64,000 bases of DNA from Bacteroidales bacterium (GTDB taxonomy: Bacteria > Bacteroidota > Bacteroidia > Bacteroidales > Muribaculaceae), in assembly GCA_030524765.1 (NCBI GenBank), contig JAUNGA010000001.1:9544-73543 (forward strand), read 5' to 3'. Position 1 is the first letter of the stretch. Each line of letters begins with the position of its first letter. Under the pieces are notes generated by a model, which saw nothing but the letters and a program-made list of their open reading frames with translations, was not told the DNA's origin and did not search any database. Of the stretch, positions 48,234 through 57,374 are shown piece after piece. A program made the position numbers and the translations under genes.

Positions 48234-50078
48234 CTATCGGGCAAACAGTTTGCGTATCAGATCGGGCCTGTGCAGCCTGTGCAGCGACCGCTCTATGTCG
48301 ACTTTGTAGGTCCTGTCGTACCAGAAGAAGTATTTGCGCTGCGCCAGCTTCTCGGCCGGGCGGGTGGCCGTATAGACAGGCTTGCCGGTGTAGGGATGCA
48401 CACCGCTGTAATAGATCTCGGAAGCTACGGTCATCGGTGTCGGTGTGAAATCCTGCACCTGCTCGAGCCTGAAATCGAGTGCCTTGGTCTTGACGGCGAG
48501 CTCGGCCATATCAATCTCGTGACAGCCCGGATGGCTCGATATGAAATAGGGTATCAGTTGCTGGCGCAGACCGTGTTTGTGGTTGACGCGGTCAAATATA
48601 TCCTTGAACTGTCCGAAAAGCTCGAACGAAGGCTTGCGCATCACCTCGAGCACGCAGTCCTCGGTGTGCTCGGGCGCCACCTTCAGTCGACCTGAGACGT
48701 GCGACGTGATGAGTTCTTCGTTGTAGCGTCGCGAGGCTTCGTCGGCACGTCGGTCGCCCGACTGATGCATCGACAGGTCATAGCGCACGCCGCTGCCGAT
48801 AAACGATTTCTTGACGCCGGGCAGCGCGTCTACGCGGTGATAGATGTCGAGCAGCGGCGAGTGATCGGTGTTGAGATTGGGGCATACCACCGGATGCAGG
48901 CACGACGGCTTGCGGCACCGGCGACATATCTCGCGGTCGCGGCCGCCCATCGCATACATGTTGGCCGACGGGCCGCCGAGGTCTGAGATATACCCCTTGA
49001 AATCGGGCATGCGGGTCACTTGCTCGGCCTCGCGCAATATGGATTCGGGCGAACGCGAGGCGATAAATTTGCCTTGGTGGGCCGATATGGTGCAGAATGC
49101 GCAGCCGCCGAAACAGCCCCGGTGCAGATTGACCGAGTGGCGTATCATCTCGTAGGCCGGTATCCGCTTGCCCTTGTATCGTGGGTGGGGCAGACGGGTG
49201 AACGGCAGATCGAATGCCGCGTCGATTTCGCCACGGGTCATCGCCGGCAGCATAGGCAGCACTTTGACGCTACGGTCGCCATAGGCCTGCCACAGAGTGG
49301 CGCCTCCGTCCATCGAGTTGCTTTGCTGCTCGATATGCTTGAAATTGGCCGACTGGGCGCGCCGGTCGCGCTGACACACTTCCCACGAGTTGAGCACTAT
49401 GTCGTGTTCGCCGCTCTCGGCAGGCATCTCGGCCGCAGGTCTGAGCACCACACTCTGAGGCAGATCTGTTATGTCGGCGATACGCTCGCCTGCGTCGAGA
49501 CGGCGCGCCAGCTCTACCGTATTGTGCTCGCCCATACCGTAAAGCAGCATATCCGCTCCCGAGTCGAGCAGTATCGACGGGCGTAGGGCGTCTTGCCAGT
49601 AGTCGTAATGCGACAGGCGCCGCAGCGACGCCTCTATGCCGCCGGCCACGATCGGTGTGTCGGGAAAGAGTTCACGCAATATTTTTGTGTAGACGATTGT
49701 CGGATAGTCGGGCCGTGCGCCGTGACGCCCGTCGGGTGTGTAGGCATCATCGCTGCGTCGCCGTCGGTTGGCTGTGTAATGATTGACCATAGAGTCCATC
49801 GCACCGGCCGACACGCCGAAGAAGAGCCTCGGAACACCGAATTTGCGGAAGTCGCGCAGATCGTCCTGCCAGTTGGGCTGGGGCACGATGGCCACTTTAT
49901 AGCCGGCGGCCTCGAGTACGCGGCCTATGACTGCCGCGCCGAATGACGGATGATCTACATAGGCATCGCCCGAGAAAAGCACCACGTCGACCGATTCCCA
50001 GCCGCAGGCACGCATCTCTTTGACCGATGTCGGCAACCAGTCGGTGGGGCGTAGTGATGTGTAATCTATTTTTTTCAT
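48234..50078 (-). CDS. ygiQ: YgiQ/UPF0313 radical SAM protein
   Basis: GDAYVDHPSFG; GGIEASLRR; RGCFGGCAFC; DLGGPSANMY; SGVRYD; LKVAPEH; VQDFTPTPMT. Confidence 0.93.
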   Translation of the reverse strand: MKKIDYTSLRPTDWLPTSVKEMRACGWESVDVVLFSGDAYVDHPSFGAAVIGRVLEAAGYKVAIVPQPNWQDDLRDFRKFGVPRLFFGVSAGAMDSMVNHYTANRRRRSDDAYTPDGRHGARPDYPTIVYTKILRELFPDTPIVAGGIEASLRRLSHYDYWQDALRPSILLDSGADMLLYGMGEHNTVELARRLDAGERIADITDLPQSVVLRPAAEMPAESGEHDIVLNSWEVCQRDRRAQSANFKHIEQQSNSMDGGATLWQAYGDRSVKVLPMLPAMTRGEIDAAFDLPFTRLPHPRYKGKRIPAYEMIRHSVNLHRGCFGGCAFCTISAHQGKFIASRSPESILREAEQVTRMPDFKGYISDLGGPSANMYAMGGRDREICRRCRKPSCLHPVVCPNLNTDHSPLLDIYHRVDALPGVKKSFIGSGVRYDLSMHQSGDRRADEASRRYNEELITSHVSGRLKVAPEHTEDCVLEVMRKPSFELFGQFKDIFDRVNHKHGLRQQLIPYFISSHPGCHEIDMAELAVKTKALDFRLEQVQDFTPTPMTVASEIYYSGVHPYTGKPVYTATRPAEKLAQRKYFFWYDRTYKVDIERSLHRLHRPDLIRKLFAR

Positions 50079-52183
50079 GATTTCTGCATTTCGGTCAGAC
50101 GGGCCTCGAGTTTGATGATCTCGTCACGCAGTCGGGCCGCCTCGATGAATTCCATTTCTTTGGCGGCGGCGAGCATGTCGCTGCGCAGTCGGTTGATCGA
50201 GCGTTGCAGCTCGTCTGATGTCATGTAGGGTACCACCGGGTCGGCCGCGATATTGACCGATGTGGTGTATTCGTTGCCGTAGGGGATGGCTGCGCGTTTG
50301 TCGGCCTGGCGCTCGCGCTCGCGTCGCTTGTCCTTGGCCGACATCGGTTTGCCTTTTGCAGTTGTGCGTTCTGATATTTCGTCGGTCTTGTCAAGACCCA
50401 CTATGGTCTGGCGGGCCTTGATTATCGCTGTGGGCGTGATGCCGTGCTTTTCGTTGTAGGCAAGCTGTATGCTGCGGCGGCGTTCGGTCTCGTCGATTGT
50501 CTGACGCATTGAGTCGGTGATGCGGTCGGCATACATGATGACGGTGCCGTTGAGATTTCGTGCGGCGCGGCCCACAGTCTGGGTGAGCGATTTGACGTTG
50601 CGCAGAAAGCCTTCCTTGTCGGCGTCGATGATGGCCACGAGCGACACTTCGGGCAGGTCGAGCCCCTCGCGCAGCAGATTGACGCCTATCAGCACGTCAA
50701 AGACGCCCGAGCGCAGATCGTCAAGTATGCGTATGCGGTCGAGTGTGTCGACATCGCTGTGGATATATGCCGCCTTGATGCCCATCTTTATAAAGTAGTC
50801 GTTGAGCTCCTCGGCCATGCGCTTGGTGAGGGTGGTCACAAGCGTGCGCTCGCCGGCCTCGGTGCGTTTGGCTATCTCTTCCATCAGGTCGTCGACCATC
50901 TTGGTCGACGGACGTACCTGTATCACCGGGTCGAGCAGACCTGTGGGACGTATCACTTGCTCGACCACCACGCCCTGGCTCTCTTTGAGCTCGTAATCGG
51001 CCGGGGTGGCGCTCACATATATTACCTGATTGGTAAGCGACTCAAATTCGTTGAATGTCAGCGGTCGGTTGTCGAGTGCCGCCGGCAGACGGAATCCGTA
51101 TTCGACCAGATTGGTCTTGCGCGACAGATCTCCGCCAAACATGGCACGCACCTGCGGCACGGTCACATGGCTCTCGTCGATTATCGTCAGATAGTCTTTG
51201 GGAAAATAGTCGAGCAGGCAGAACGGCCGCATGCCGGGCTCGCGTCCGTCAAAGTAGCGCGAATAGTTCTCGATACCCGAGCAATATCCGAGCTCTTTTA
51301 TCATCTCGACATCATAGGTCACTCGCTCTTCGAGGCGCTGTGCCTCGAGCAGTTTGTCCTCGCGGCGGAAGGCGTCGAGCTGTTCGCCCAGGTCGAGCTG
51401 TATCTGTCGCACGGCCGAGTGCTGACGCTCGGGTGTGGTCACAAATATGTTGGCCGGATAGATGTTGAACGAGTCGTGGCGACCCAGCGAGCGCATGTCG
51501 TCGGGATGATAAGTCGAGATAGACTCGATCTCGTCGCCCCAGAACACGATGCGCAACACGATGTCTTCGTAGGCCAGCCGTATGTCGATCGTATCGCCTT
51601 TGACGCGGAATGTGCCGCGTTTCATGTCGACCTCGTTGCGCGAGTACAGCGCGCCGACCAGCTTGCGCAGGAATGCATTGCGGGTCACTTTCTGGCCTAC
51701 CTCGACGCGTATGACATTGGCATGGAAATCCTCGGGATTGCCGATACCGTAGAGGCACGACACCGAGGAGATGACGATCACGTCGCGGCGCCCCGACAGC
51801 AGCGCCGAGGTTGTGGCCAGACGCAGACGGTCAATCTCGTCGTTGACCATCAGATCTTTTTCGATATATTTGTCTACCGAGGGGATATAGGCCTCGGGCT
51901 GATAGTAGTCGTAGTATGAAACGAAATACTGCACCGCATTGTCGGGAAAGAACTGCAGAAACTCAGCATAGAGCTGCGCGGCCAGAGTCTTGTTGTGGCT
52001 CAATATCAGGGTAGGGCGCTGCACACGCTCGATGACATTGGCCATGGTGAATGTCTTGCCCGAACCGGTCACGCCGAGCAGTGTCTGGGCCTTGGTGCCG
52101 TCGAGCACACCCTCAGACAACTGTGCGATGGCCTCGGGCTGGTCGCCCGTGGGCTTGAACTGGGATGAGAGTTTGAATTCCAT
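50075..52183 (-). CDS. uvrB: Excinuclease ABC subunit B
   Basis: GVTGSGKTFT; HNKTLAAQL; FVSYYDYYQPEAY; DESH; SATP; GVNLLREGLDLPEV; FEAARLRD-type UVR tail. TATCTTTG on minus at 52208-52215. Confidence 0.98.
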   Translation of the reverse strand: MEFKLSSQFKPTGDQPEAIAQLSEGVLDGTKAQTLLGVTGSGKTFTMANVIERVQRPTLILSHNKTLAAQLYAEFLQFFPDNAVQYFVSYYDYYQPEAYIPSVDKYIEKDLMVNDEIDRLRLATTSALLSGRRDVIVISSVSCLYGIGNPEDFHANVIRVEVGQKVTRNAFLRKLVGALYSRNEVDMKRGTFRVKGDTIDIRLAYEDIVLRIVFWGDEIESISTYHPDDMRSLGRHDSFNIYPANIFVTTPERQHSAVRQIQLDLGEQLDAFRREDKLLEAQRLEERVTYDVEMIKELGYCSGIENYSRYFDGREPGMRPFCLLDYFPKDYLTIIDESHVTVPQVRAMFGGDLSRKTNLVEYGFRLPAALDNRPLTFNEFESLTNQVIYVSATPADYELKESQGVVVEQVIRPTGLLDPVIQVRPSTKMVDDLMEEIAKRTEAGERTLVTTLTKRMAEELNDYFIKMGIKAAYIHSDVDTLDRIRILDDLRSGVFDVLIGVNLLREGLDLPEVSLVAIIDADKEGFLRNVKSLTQTVGRAARNLNGTVIMYADRITDSMRQTIDETERRRSIQLAYNEKHGITPTAIIKARQTIVGLDKTDEISERTTAKGKPMSAKDKRRERERQADKRAAIPYGNEYTTSVNIAADPVVPYMTSDELQRSINRLRSDMLAAAKEMEFIEAARLRDEIIKLEARLTEMQKS

Positions 52184-52327
52184 TTTAGTCCGGTCTCGTT
52201 TATCCTACAAAGATACGCATTTTTATGCGTTTGTCGAGCGGTATGCGTCCCCTGAGATTTTAAAATTTAGTTAAAGCGGGCGCTTTTGACTCTTTTTATG
52301 TAACTTTGCGAGACAAACATTACTCAG

Positions 52328-52729
52328 ATGACCGATTATATATTCGAACTACCAATAAAAGTGCGCGACTATGAGGTCGATTCAGAGGGTATTGTCAACA
52401 ATGCCGTATATCTGCATTATCTTGAACACACGCGCCACGAGTTCTGCGAGTGGGCCGGCCTGTCGTTCCGCGAGATGCACGGCCGGGGTATTGACCCCGT
52501 GTTGCGACACGTCGACATCACCTATCTGCGTCCGCTCGGACTGGGACAGAGCATGGTCAGCAAGCTGGCCCTGTCGCGCCGTGGTCCGCTCTTTGTTTTC
52601 ATTCAGGATATCTATACACCCGACGGACAGCCTGTGCTGAAGTCCCGTGTCGAGATCGCGACTCTCGAGAACGGCCGTCTCACACGCGGCGAAGTGCTCG
52701 CAGAGGCATTCAGGAAATATCTCGACTGA
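52328..52729 (+). CDS. Acyl-CoA thioesterase (4HBT/YbgC hotdog family)
   Basis: VRDYEVD.EGIVNNAVYLHYLEHTRHE. TAACTTTG at 52301-52308. Confidence 0.9.
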   Translation: MTDYIFELPIKVRDYEVDSEGIVNNAVYLHYLEHTRHEFCEWAGLSFREMHGRGIDPVLRHVDITYLRPLGLGQSMVSKLALSRRGPLFVFIQDIYTPDGQPVLKSRVEIATLENGRLTRGEVLAEAFRKYLD

Positions 52730-52730
52730 C

Positions 52731-53723
52731 ATGCAGCCGTCCCGGACCGAAATATACGAGATCTCACGCCTGCTGCAGACCGCGTTGCCGGCCATGACCG
52801 AGCCGAGGGCGATTGCCGAGGCCGACTTTGTGGCGCGCAACGGCATACGTGTGCTCGTGCGTGGCTCAGAGCGCTATCCACGTCGGCTTGAGAGCTGTGC
52901 CGATTCGCCACGTGTGCTTTACAGCCTGGGCGCATGCAGTCTCGACGCAGAGCATACGGTCGGTATAGTCGGCACCCGTCGTGCCACGGCCTCGGGGCTT
53001 GAGTTCACACGCCGGCTGGTCGAGGATCTTGCCGGATGCATCGACAATCTTGTCGTGGTCAGCGGTCTGGCATATGGCATTGATGTGGCTGCCCATCGGG
53101 CGGCACTTGCGGCAGGTGTGCCCACGGTCGCCGTGGTGGCCCATGGCCTGAACATGATCTATCCGGCCGATCATCGTCAGACGGCCTCACGCATGATCGC
53201 GCAGGGTGGTGCGATTGTCACCGAATATCCGTCAGATACGGTCGTGCACCGCTCAAATTTTCTCGCCCGCAACCGCATTGTCGCCGGGCTGTGCGATGTG
53301 CTCGTCGTGGCCGAAAGCGCATCGCACGGCGGCGCTCTCGTCACGGCCCGTCACGCGGCCTCGTATGGCCGCACGGTGTGTGCCGCACCGGCCCGGTGGA
53401 ACGAACCATCGGCTCAGGGCTGCAATGCTCTTATCGCCGCACGCAAGGCCGAGCTGATCACGTCGGCAGACGATCTGATAAAAGTGATGGGCTGGAAAGG
53501 CCGGGCCGATGCTCCGGTCATGCCCGCATTTGACTTTGACGGTCTTGCTCCGGAGGTGCGCGTGATTGTCGACCATCTGCGGGCTAATCCGCGTGATACC
53601 TTCGACGATATGGCACGGGCGCTGTCGCTCACGGCACGTGATCTCGGCGCCCGTCTGATGGAGATGGAAATGGACGATATGGTCACATCGCTGCCCGGAG
53701 GACTATATCAGCTCAATGTCTGA
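52731..53723 (+). CDS. dprA: DNA-processing protein DprA (short N-terminus)
   Basis: YPRRL; GIVGTR; VSGLAYGID; AHRAAL; FLARNRIVAGL; GGALVTA; GCNALI; C-terminal winged helix. Start ATG 52731. Confidence 0.9.
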   Translation: MQPSRTEIYEISRLLQTALPAMTEPRAIAEADFVARNGIRVLVRGSERYPRRLESCADSPRVLYSLGACSLDAEHTVGIVGTRRATASGLEFTRRLVEDLAGCIDNLVVVSGLAYGIDVAAHRAALAAGVPTVAVVAHGLNMIYPADHRQTASRMIAQGGAIVTEYPSDTVVHRSNFLARNRIVAGLCDVLVVAESASHGGALVTARHAASYGRTVCAAPARWNEPSAQGCNALIAARKAELITSADDLIKVMGWKGRADAPVMPAFDFDGLAPEVRVIVDHLRANPRDTFDDMARALSLTARDLGARLMEMEMDDMVTSLPGGLYQLNV

Positions 53724-53787
53724 AACTATCCTGCTGAAATGATTGTTAAATAATTATATACTAACATAAACTACCACAACCTTTGTC

Positions 53788-54663
53788 ATGCCAAGTAAAA
53801 TCATCCCGCCGTCAGAGCTGATCATCAATCCCGACGGTTCTGTATTCCACCTGCATCTGCTGCCCGAGCAGCTTACCGACCGTATCATCCTCGTGGGCGA
53901 CCCGGCCCGCGTCAACATGGTGGCCGAGTTTTTCGACACACGCACCTTTGAGGTCTCTTCGCGTGAGTTTCACACCATAGGCGGCACCTACAAGGGCAAA
54001 CCCATCATGTGTCTGAGCCACGGCATCGGCCCCGACAATATCGATATTGTCGTCACAGAGCTTGACGCTCTGGCCAACGTCGATTTCAACACCCGTGAGG
54101 TGCGCGACACTCTGCGCCGTCTCACGATGGTGCGCATCGGCACATCCGGAGCCCTGCAGCCCGAGCTCACCATCGGCACACCGGTTATCGCCGAGAAATC
54201 GATCGGTTTTGACGGCGTGCTCAACTATTATGCCGGCCGCAACGAAATCGCCGACCTCGAATTCGAACATGAGTTATGCCGACACACACACTGGAACCCT
54301 CTCTGGGCAAAACCCTACGTCGTTGATGCCGACGCCGAGCTGGTCGACCTGATCGGCCGCGACGACATGGTGCGCGGCAACACTATCTCGGCCGTCGGAT
54401 TCTATGGTCCGCAGGGACGTGAGGTGCGTCTGCCGTTGGCCAATCCCGACCTCAACATGCTCATCGAAGGTTTTGAATTCAAAGGCCGCAAGGTCACCAA
54501 CTACGAGATGGAGAGCGCGCCTCTCGCCGGTCTGGGCCGTCTTATGGGGCACCGTTGCATGACCGTATGCTCGATCATTGCCAACCGCTACAACAACGAG
54601 GCCAATCCCAACTATAAATCAGGTGTCCGCGATCTGATCGCCACCGTTCTCGAGCGCATCTGA
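53788..54663 (+). CDS. Nucleoside phosphorylase (PNP/UDP family 1, uridine phosphorylase-like)
   Basis: LVGDPARV; SHGIGPDNIDIV; RIGTSG; GFYGPQGR; NYEMESA. Confidence 0.9.
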   Translation: MPSKIIPPSELIINPDGSVFHLHLLPEQLTDRIILVGDPARVNMVAEFFDTRTFEVSSREFHTIGGTYKGKPIMCLSHGIGPDNIDIVVTELDALANVDFNTREVRDTLRRLTMVRIGTSGALQPELTIGTPVIAEKSIGFDGVLNYYAGRNEIADLEFEHELCRHTHWNPLWAKPYVVDADAELVDLIGRDDMVRGNTISAVGFYGPQGREVRLPLANPDLNMLIEGFEFKGRKVTNYEMESAPLAGLGRLMGHRCMTVCSIIANRYNNEANPNYKSGVRDLIATVLERI

Positions 54664-54669
54664 TTTCTG

Positions 54670-54737
54670 TCGCCATATATAATCAAGGCCCGGCTTTTGT
54701 ATTTTCACACAAAATCCGGGCTTTGATTATATGGCGA
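54670..54737. terminator. Long imperfect inverted repeat between convergent genes; probable bidirectional terminator
   Basis: TCGCCATATATAATCAAGGCCCGGCTTTTGT ... ACAAAATCCGGGCTTTGATTATATGGCGA. Confidence 0.7.
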
Positions 54738-54780
54738 TATAAATGATTTCACAGCTGCAGGAACTGTGACAGATATATAA

Positions 54781-55671
54781 TCACAGATAATAATTTATGA
54801 TTTTTCGGGCAATACGGGCTATCAGGGCGTCAGCGTCATCCTGATTGCCGGCATAGTCTTTGACGAGAATGGCGAGTGAGAGCCGGCGTCCGTCGGGCAG
54901 CTCGATGCATGCCACGTCGTTGACCGCCACTATGCAACCGGCGTCGTTGGTATATCCGCTGCCGGTGCGGTGGGCGAGTTTTACGCCGGGAATGTCTTTG
55001 GCTGCGGCGGCGATGCGTCCGGGTGCGCTTTCGCAGCCTGTGAGCAATTGGGCGATGCGGTTCTGCTTGGCCGTCGATACGAGGCTGTCGCCAAATACCT
55101 TGCCGATCAACGATGCACATGCCAGCGGACTGCTGCAGTTGTCGTAGCTGAGATCGTGGTCGCGCTGCATCTGACGCTCGGTGTACCGGAGGGTGAATGT
55201 GCGGTCGTCGGCGATGCTTTTTACGATACTGTCGGTGGCCGCTACCGACACGATTTTGTCAAACAGTATGTTGCTTGCGTTATTGTCGCTCTGCAACAGC
55301 AGGTGCGACAGCAGCATGTCTACCGTCAGTACGGTGTCTCTCACGCCGTAAATCTTTACCATCGGGCTCCATGTGCCGGGGTTGATGTCGGCCGAGTCGA
55401 TATCGACGGGTCTGTCGAATGTCTCGCCGCGCTTGTCGAGCGTGGCGGCCACCGCAAGGGCCTCATGCAGCTTGAATACGCTCATCAGCGGATAGCATAT
55501 GTCGTTGTTTACGAGCGTCGTGTCGCCATCCGGGCCGATAACGGCCACACCTACGGTCGCCGGTGCGTCGTATATGCAGTTCTCAATCTCGGTTTTAAGA
55601 TTTTGGGATCCGTTACATGAGATAAAAGCCGACAATGCGGCGATAGCGACAGAAATTAAAAATTTTCTCAT
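54781..55671 (-). CDS. bla: Class A serine beta-lactamase, subclass A2 (CfxA/CepA-like), lipoprotein
   Basis: Lipobox FISC; SVFK (SxxK); SDN; YTE (E166 box); HRTGSG in place of KTG. Confidence 0.88.
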   Translation of the reverse strand: MRKFLISVAIAALSAFISCNGSQNLKTEIENCIYDAPATVGVAVIGPDGDTTLVNNDICYPLMSVFKLHEALAVAATLDKRGETFDRPVDIDSADINPGTWSPMVKIYGVRDTVLTVDMLLSHLLLQSDNNASNILFDKIVSVAATDSIVKSIADDRTFTLRYTERQMQRDHDLSYDNCSSPLACASLIGKVFGDSLVSTAKQNRIAQLLTGCESAPGRIAAAAKDIPGVKLAHRTGSGYTNDAGCIVAVNDVACIELPDGRRLSLAILVKDYAGNQDDADALIARIARKIINYYL

Positions 55672-56747
55672 TTGGTCAGACGGTCTATTATTGATTGTAT
55701 AGATGCGGGCAGAGCGGGCGCGAGCGGACTGCGTGTCATCCTGACTTTCGGCGGATTGTTTTTGATCTGGTCTTTTGCCTCGTCTACTGTCAGATGCTCT
55801 GACTCTACGGGATAGATCTCAAAAAAACTGTGCAGGGCTATAGGCGTCGACGAGTTGAACGCTTTCTTGATCCAACGTCCTTTTCCGGTCACGTCAAGGC
55901 TGAAAGTGCCGTAGATTATGTCGGCGGCATTGTAGATGCCGCTGTCGTTTGCCTGATAGGCCCATGCGCTGCGCAGTTCGCTGATTTCAATAGTCATGCC
56001 GAGCAGTTTGAATATTGCCGGTGACCAGCTGTGATCTTTTTTGTCGGCCAGATGGTCGACGTTCTCGATGTATGTGCCGCCGGTCTTGCGCAAGATATTT
56101 TTTATACCGTATTTGCCGGCGACAGAGTCGGAGGTAGCGCCCGAACGTATGCCATCGGTTTCGTTGACAGTCTTCTCGGGCAGGCTGATGAGGTCGATCC
56201 ACGATATGTCGTCGCGCCTGTAATCGGGGTGGTAGACGCTGTCGAGGCCCGAGCTGTCGGTCTTGCGCTCGTAGAGCCGCGAACGCAGGATACGTGGCGA
56301 GTACCGGCCCTTGAATTTTTTGACCTTTGTGAGCGGTATATAGAAATCAGCCATGTGCTCGGCATATGACTGTATGGTGTCGTCAGAGGTCGCACCGCCC
56401 GAGTACTCGCGGATGTAGCATATCATGTGCAGTATCGGGCGTTCGGCGGTCGATACGGTCACCTCGCCCAGTTCGTATGAAGTGGCGATCATGCGCACGG
56501 TGTCGCATCCGCTCGCGCATGACTCGTCGAGATAGCCCAGGCATTTGACCGTCAGCGGATAGTCTCGATCGCTGACATTGGTAAACACACCGTCGCCATC
56601 GGTCATGCCCAATATCGAGCCCGATCGGGAGAATACAGTGGCCGACCCGACAGGCGCTCCGCTGTCGTTGTCGACCACAATGACACGGCTGCCGGCACAG
56701 ACGGTGATGAAAAAAGTTGACAGGATGATAGACAATAGTAATCGCAT
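55668..56747 (-). CDS. Secreted/outer-membrane hypothetical protein with CarboxypepD_reg-like N-terminal domain
   Basis: Signal peptide; VVDNDSGAPVGSATVF..TDGDG..KCLGY; YELGEVTV. ATGA overlap with bla; start ATG 56747; TAATTTTG on minus at 56765-56772. Confidence 0.65.
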   Translation of the reverse strand: MRLLLSIILSTFFITVCAGSRVIVVDNDSGAPVGSATVFSRSGSILGMTDGDGVFTNVSDRDYPLTVKCLGYLDESCASGCDTVRMIATSYELGEVTVSTAERPILHMICYIREYSGGATSDDTIQSYAEHMADFYIPLTKVKKFKGRYSPRILRSRLYERKTDSSGLDSVYHPDYRRDDISWIDLISLPEKTVNETDGIRSGATSDSVAGKYGIKNILRKTGGTYIENVDHLADKKDHSWSPAIFKLLGMTIEISELRSAWAYQANDSGIYNAADIIYGTFSLDVTGKGRWIKKAFNSSTPIALHSFFEIYPVESEHLTVDEAKDQIKNNPPKVRMTRSPLAPALPASIQSIIDRLTK

Positions 56748-56818
56748 GGCTTTCAAAATCTGTGCAAAATTACTCAATTCCGCGTCAAAAATTGTATCTT
56801 CGCGGAAAATAAACGGTT

Positions 56819-57370
56819 ATGTCTATTAAAAAATGGAAAACTCTGTCGAGTGAGTATATCATCCGCCGCCCGTGGCTTACAGCCCGGCGCGACAGGGTGC
56901 AGCTGCCCAACGGTGTCATACATCCCGAGTATTATGTGCTCGAATATCCCACATGGGTCAATGTAATTGCCATTGACCGCGAGGGGCGATTCATAATGGT
57001 CGAACAATATCGCCACGGGCTGCGGAATGTCTTTACCGAACTGGTTGCCGGTGTCGTCGAGCCGGGCGAGGAGCCGTTGGCGGCAGCCCGACGCGAGTTG
57101 CTCGAAGAGACCGGCTACGGCAACGGAGAATGGAGTCTCCTGACCGTACTGTCGCAAAATCCGTCATCGACCGACAATCTCACTTATTCGTTCATCGCCC
57201 GTGATGTCGAACCGTTGGATAGCCAGCATCTCGATGCCACCGAAGACATTGCGGTGCGGTTTCTTACCCGCGACGAGCTATACGGCATGCTCGTCCGCGA
57301 CGAGATCAAACAGTCGCTTATGGCCGCGCCGCTCTGGAAATACTTCTGTCAGTGCGCCGATAACATCTGA
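56819..57370 (+). CDS. NUDIX hydrolase (ADP-ribose pyrophosphatase-like)
   Basis: VEQYRHG; AGVVEPGE..AAARRELLEETGY Nudix box. Confidence 0.92.
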   Translation: MSIKKWKTLSSEYIIRRPWLTARRDRVQLPNGVIHPEYYVLEYPTWVNVIAIDREGRFIMVEQYRHGLRNVFTELVAGVVEPGEEPLAAARRELLEETGYGNGEWSLLTVLSQNPSSTDNLTYSFIARDVEPLDSQHLDATEDIAVRFLTRDELYGMLVRDEIKQSLMAAPLWKYFCQCADNI

Positions 57371-57374
57371 GGCG

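Noticed and set aside
50260-50400. Charged low-complexity insertion near the UvrB C-terminus
   Set aside because: It lies in the variable linker before the UVR domain, and the frame is intact.
54670-54737. Long hairpin next to bla considered as a MITE or IS scar
   Set aside because: No target duplication or second copy seen in the window. Its position between convergent genes fits a bidirectional terminator.
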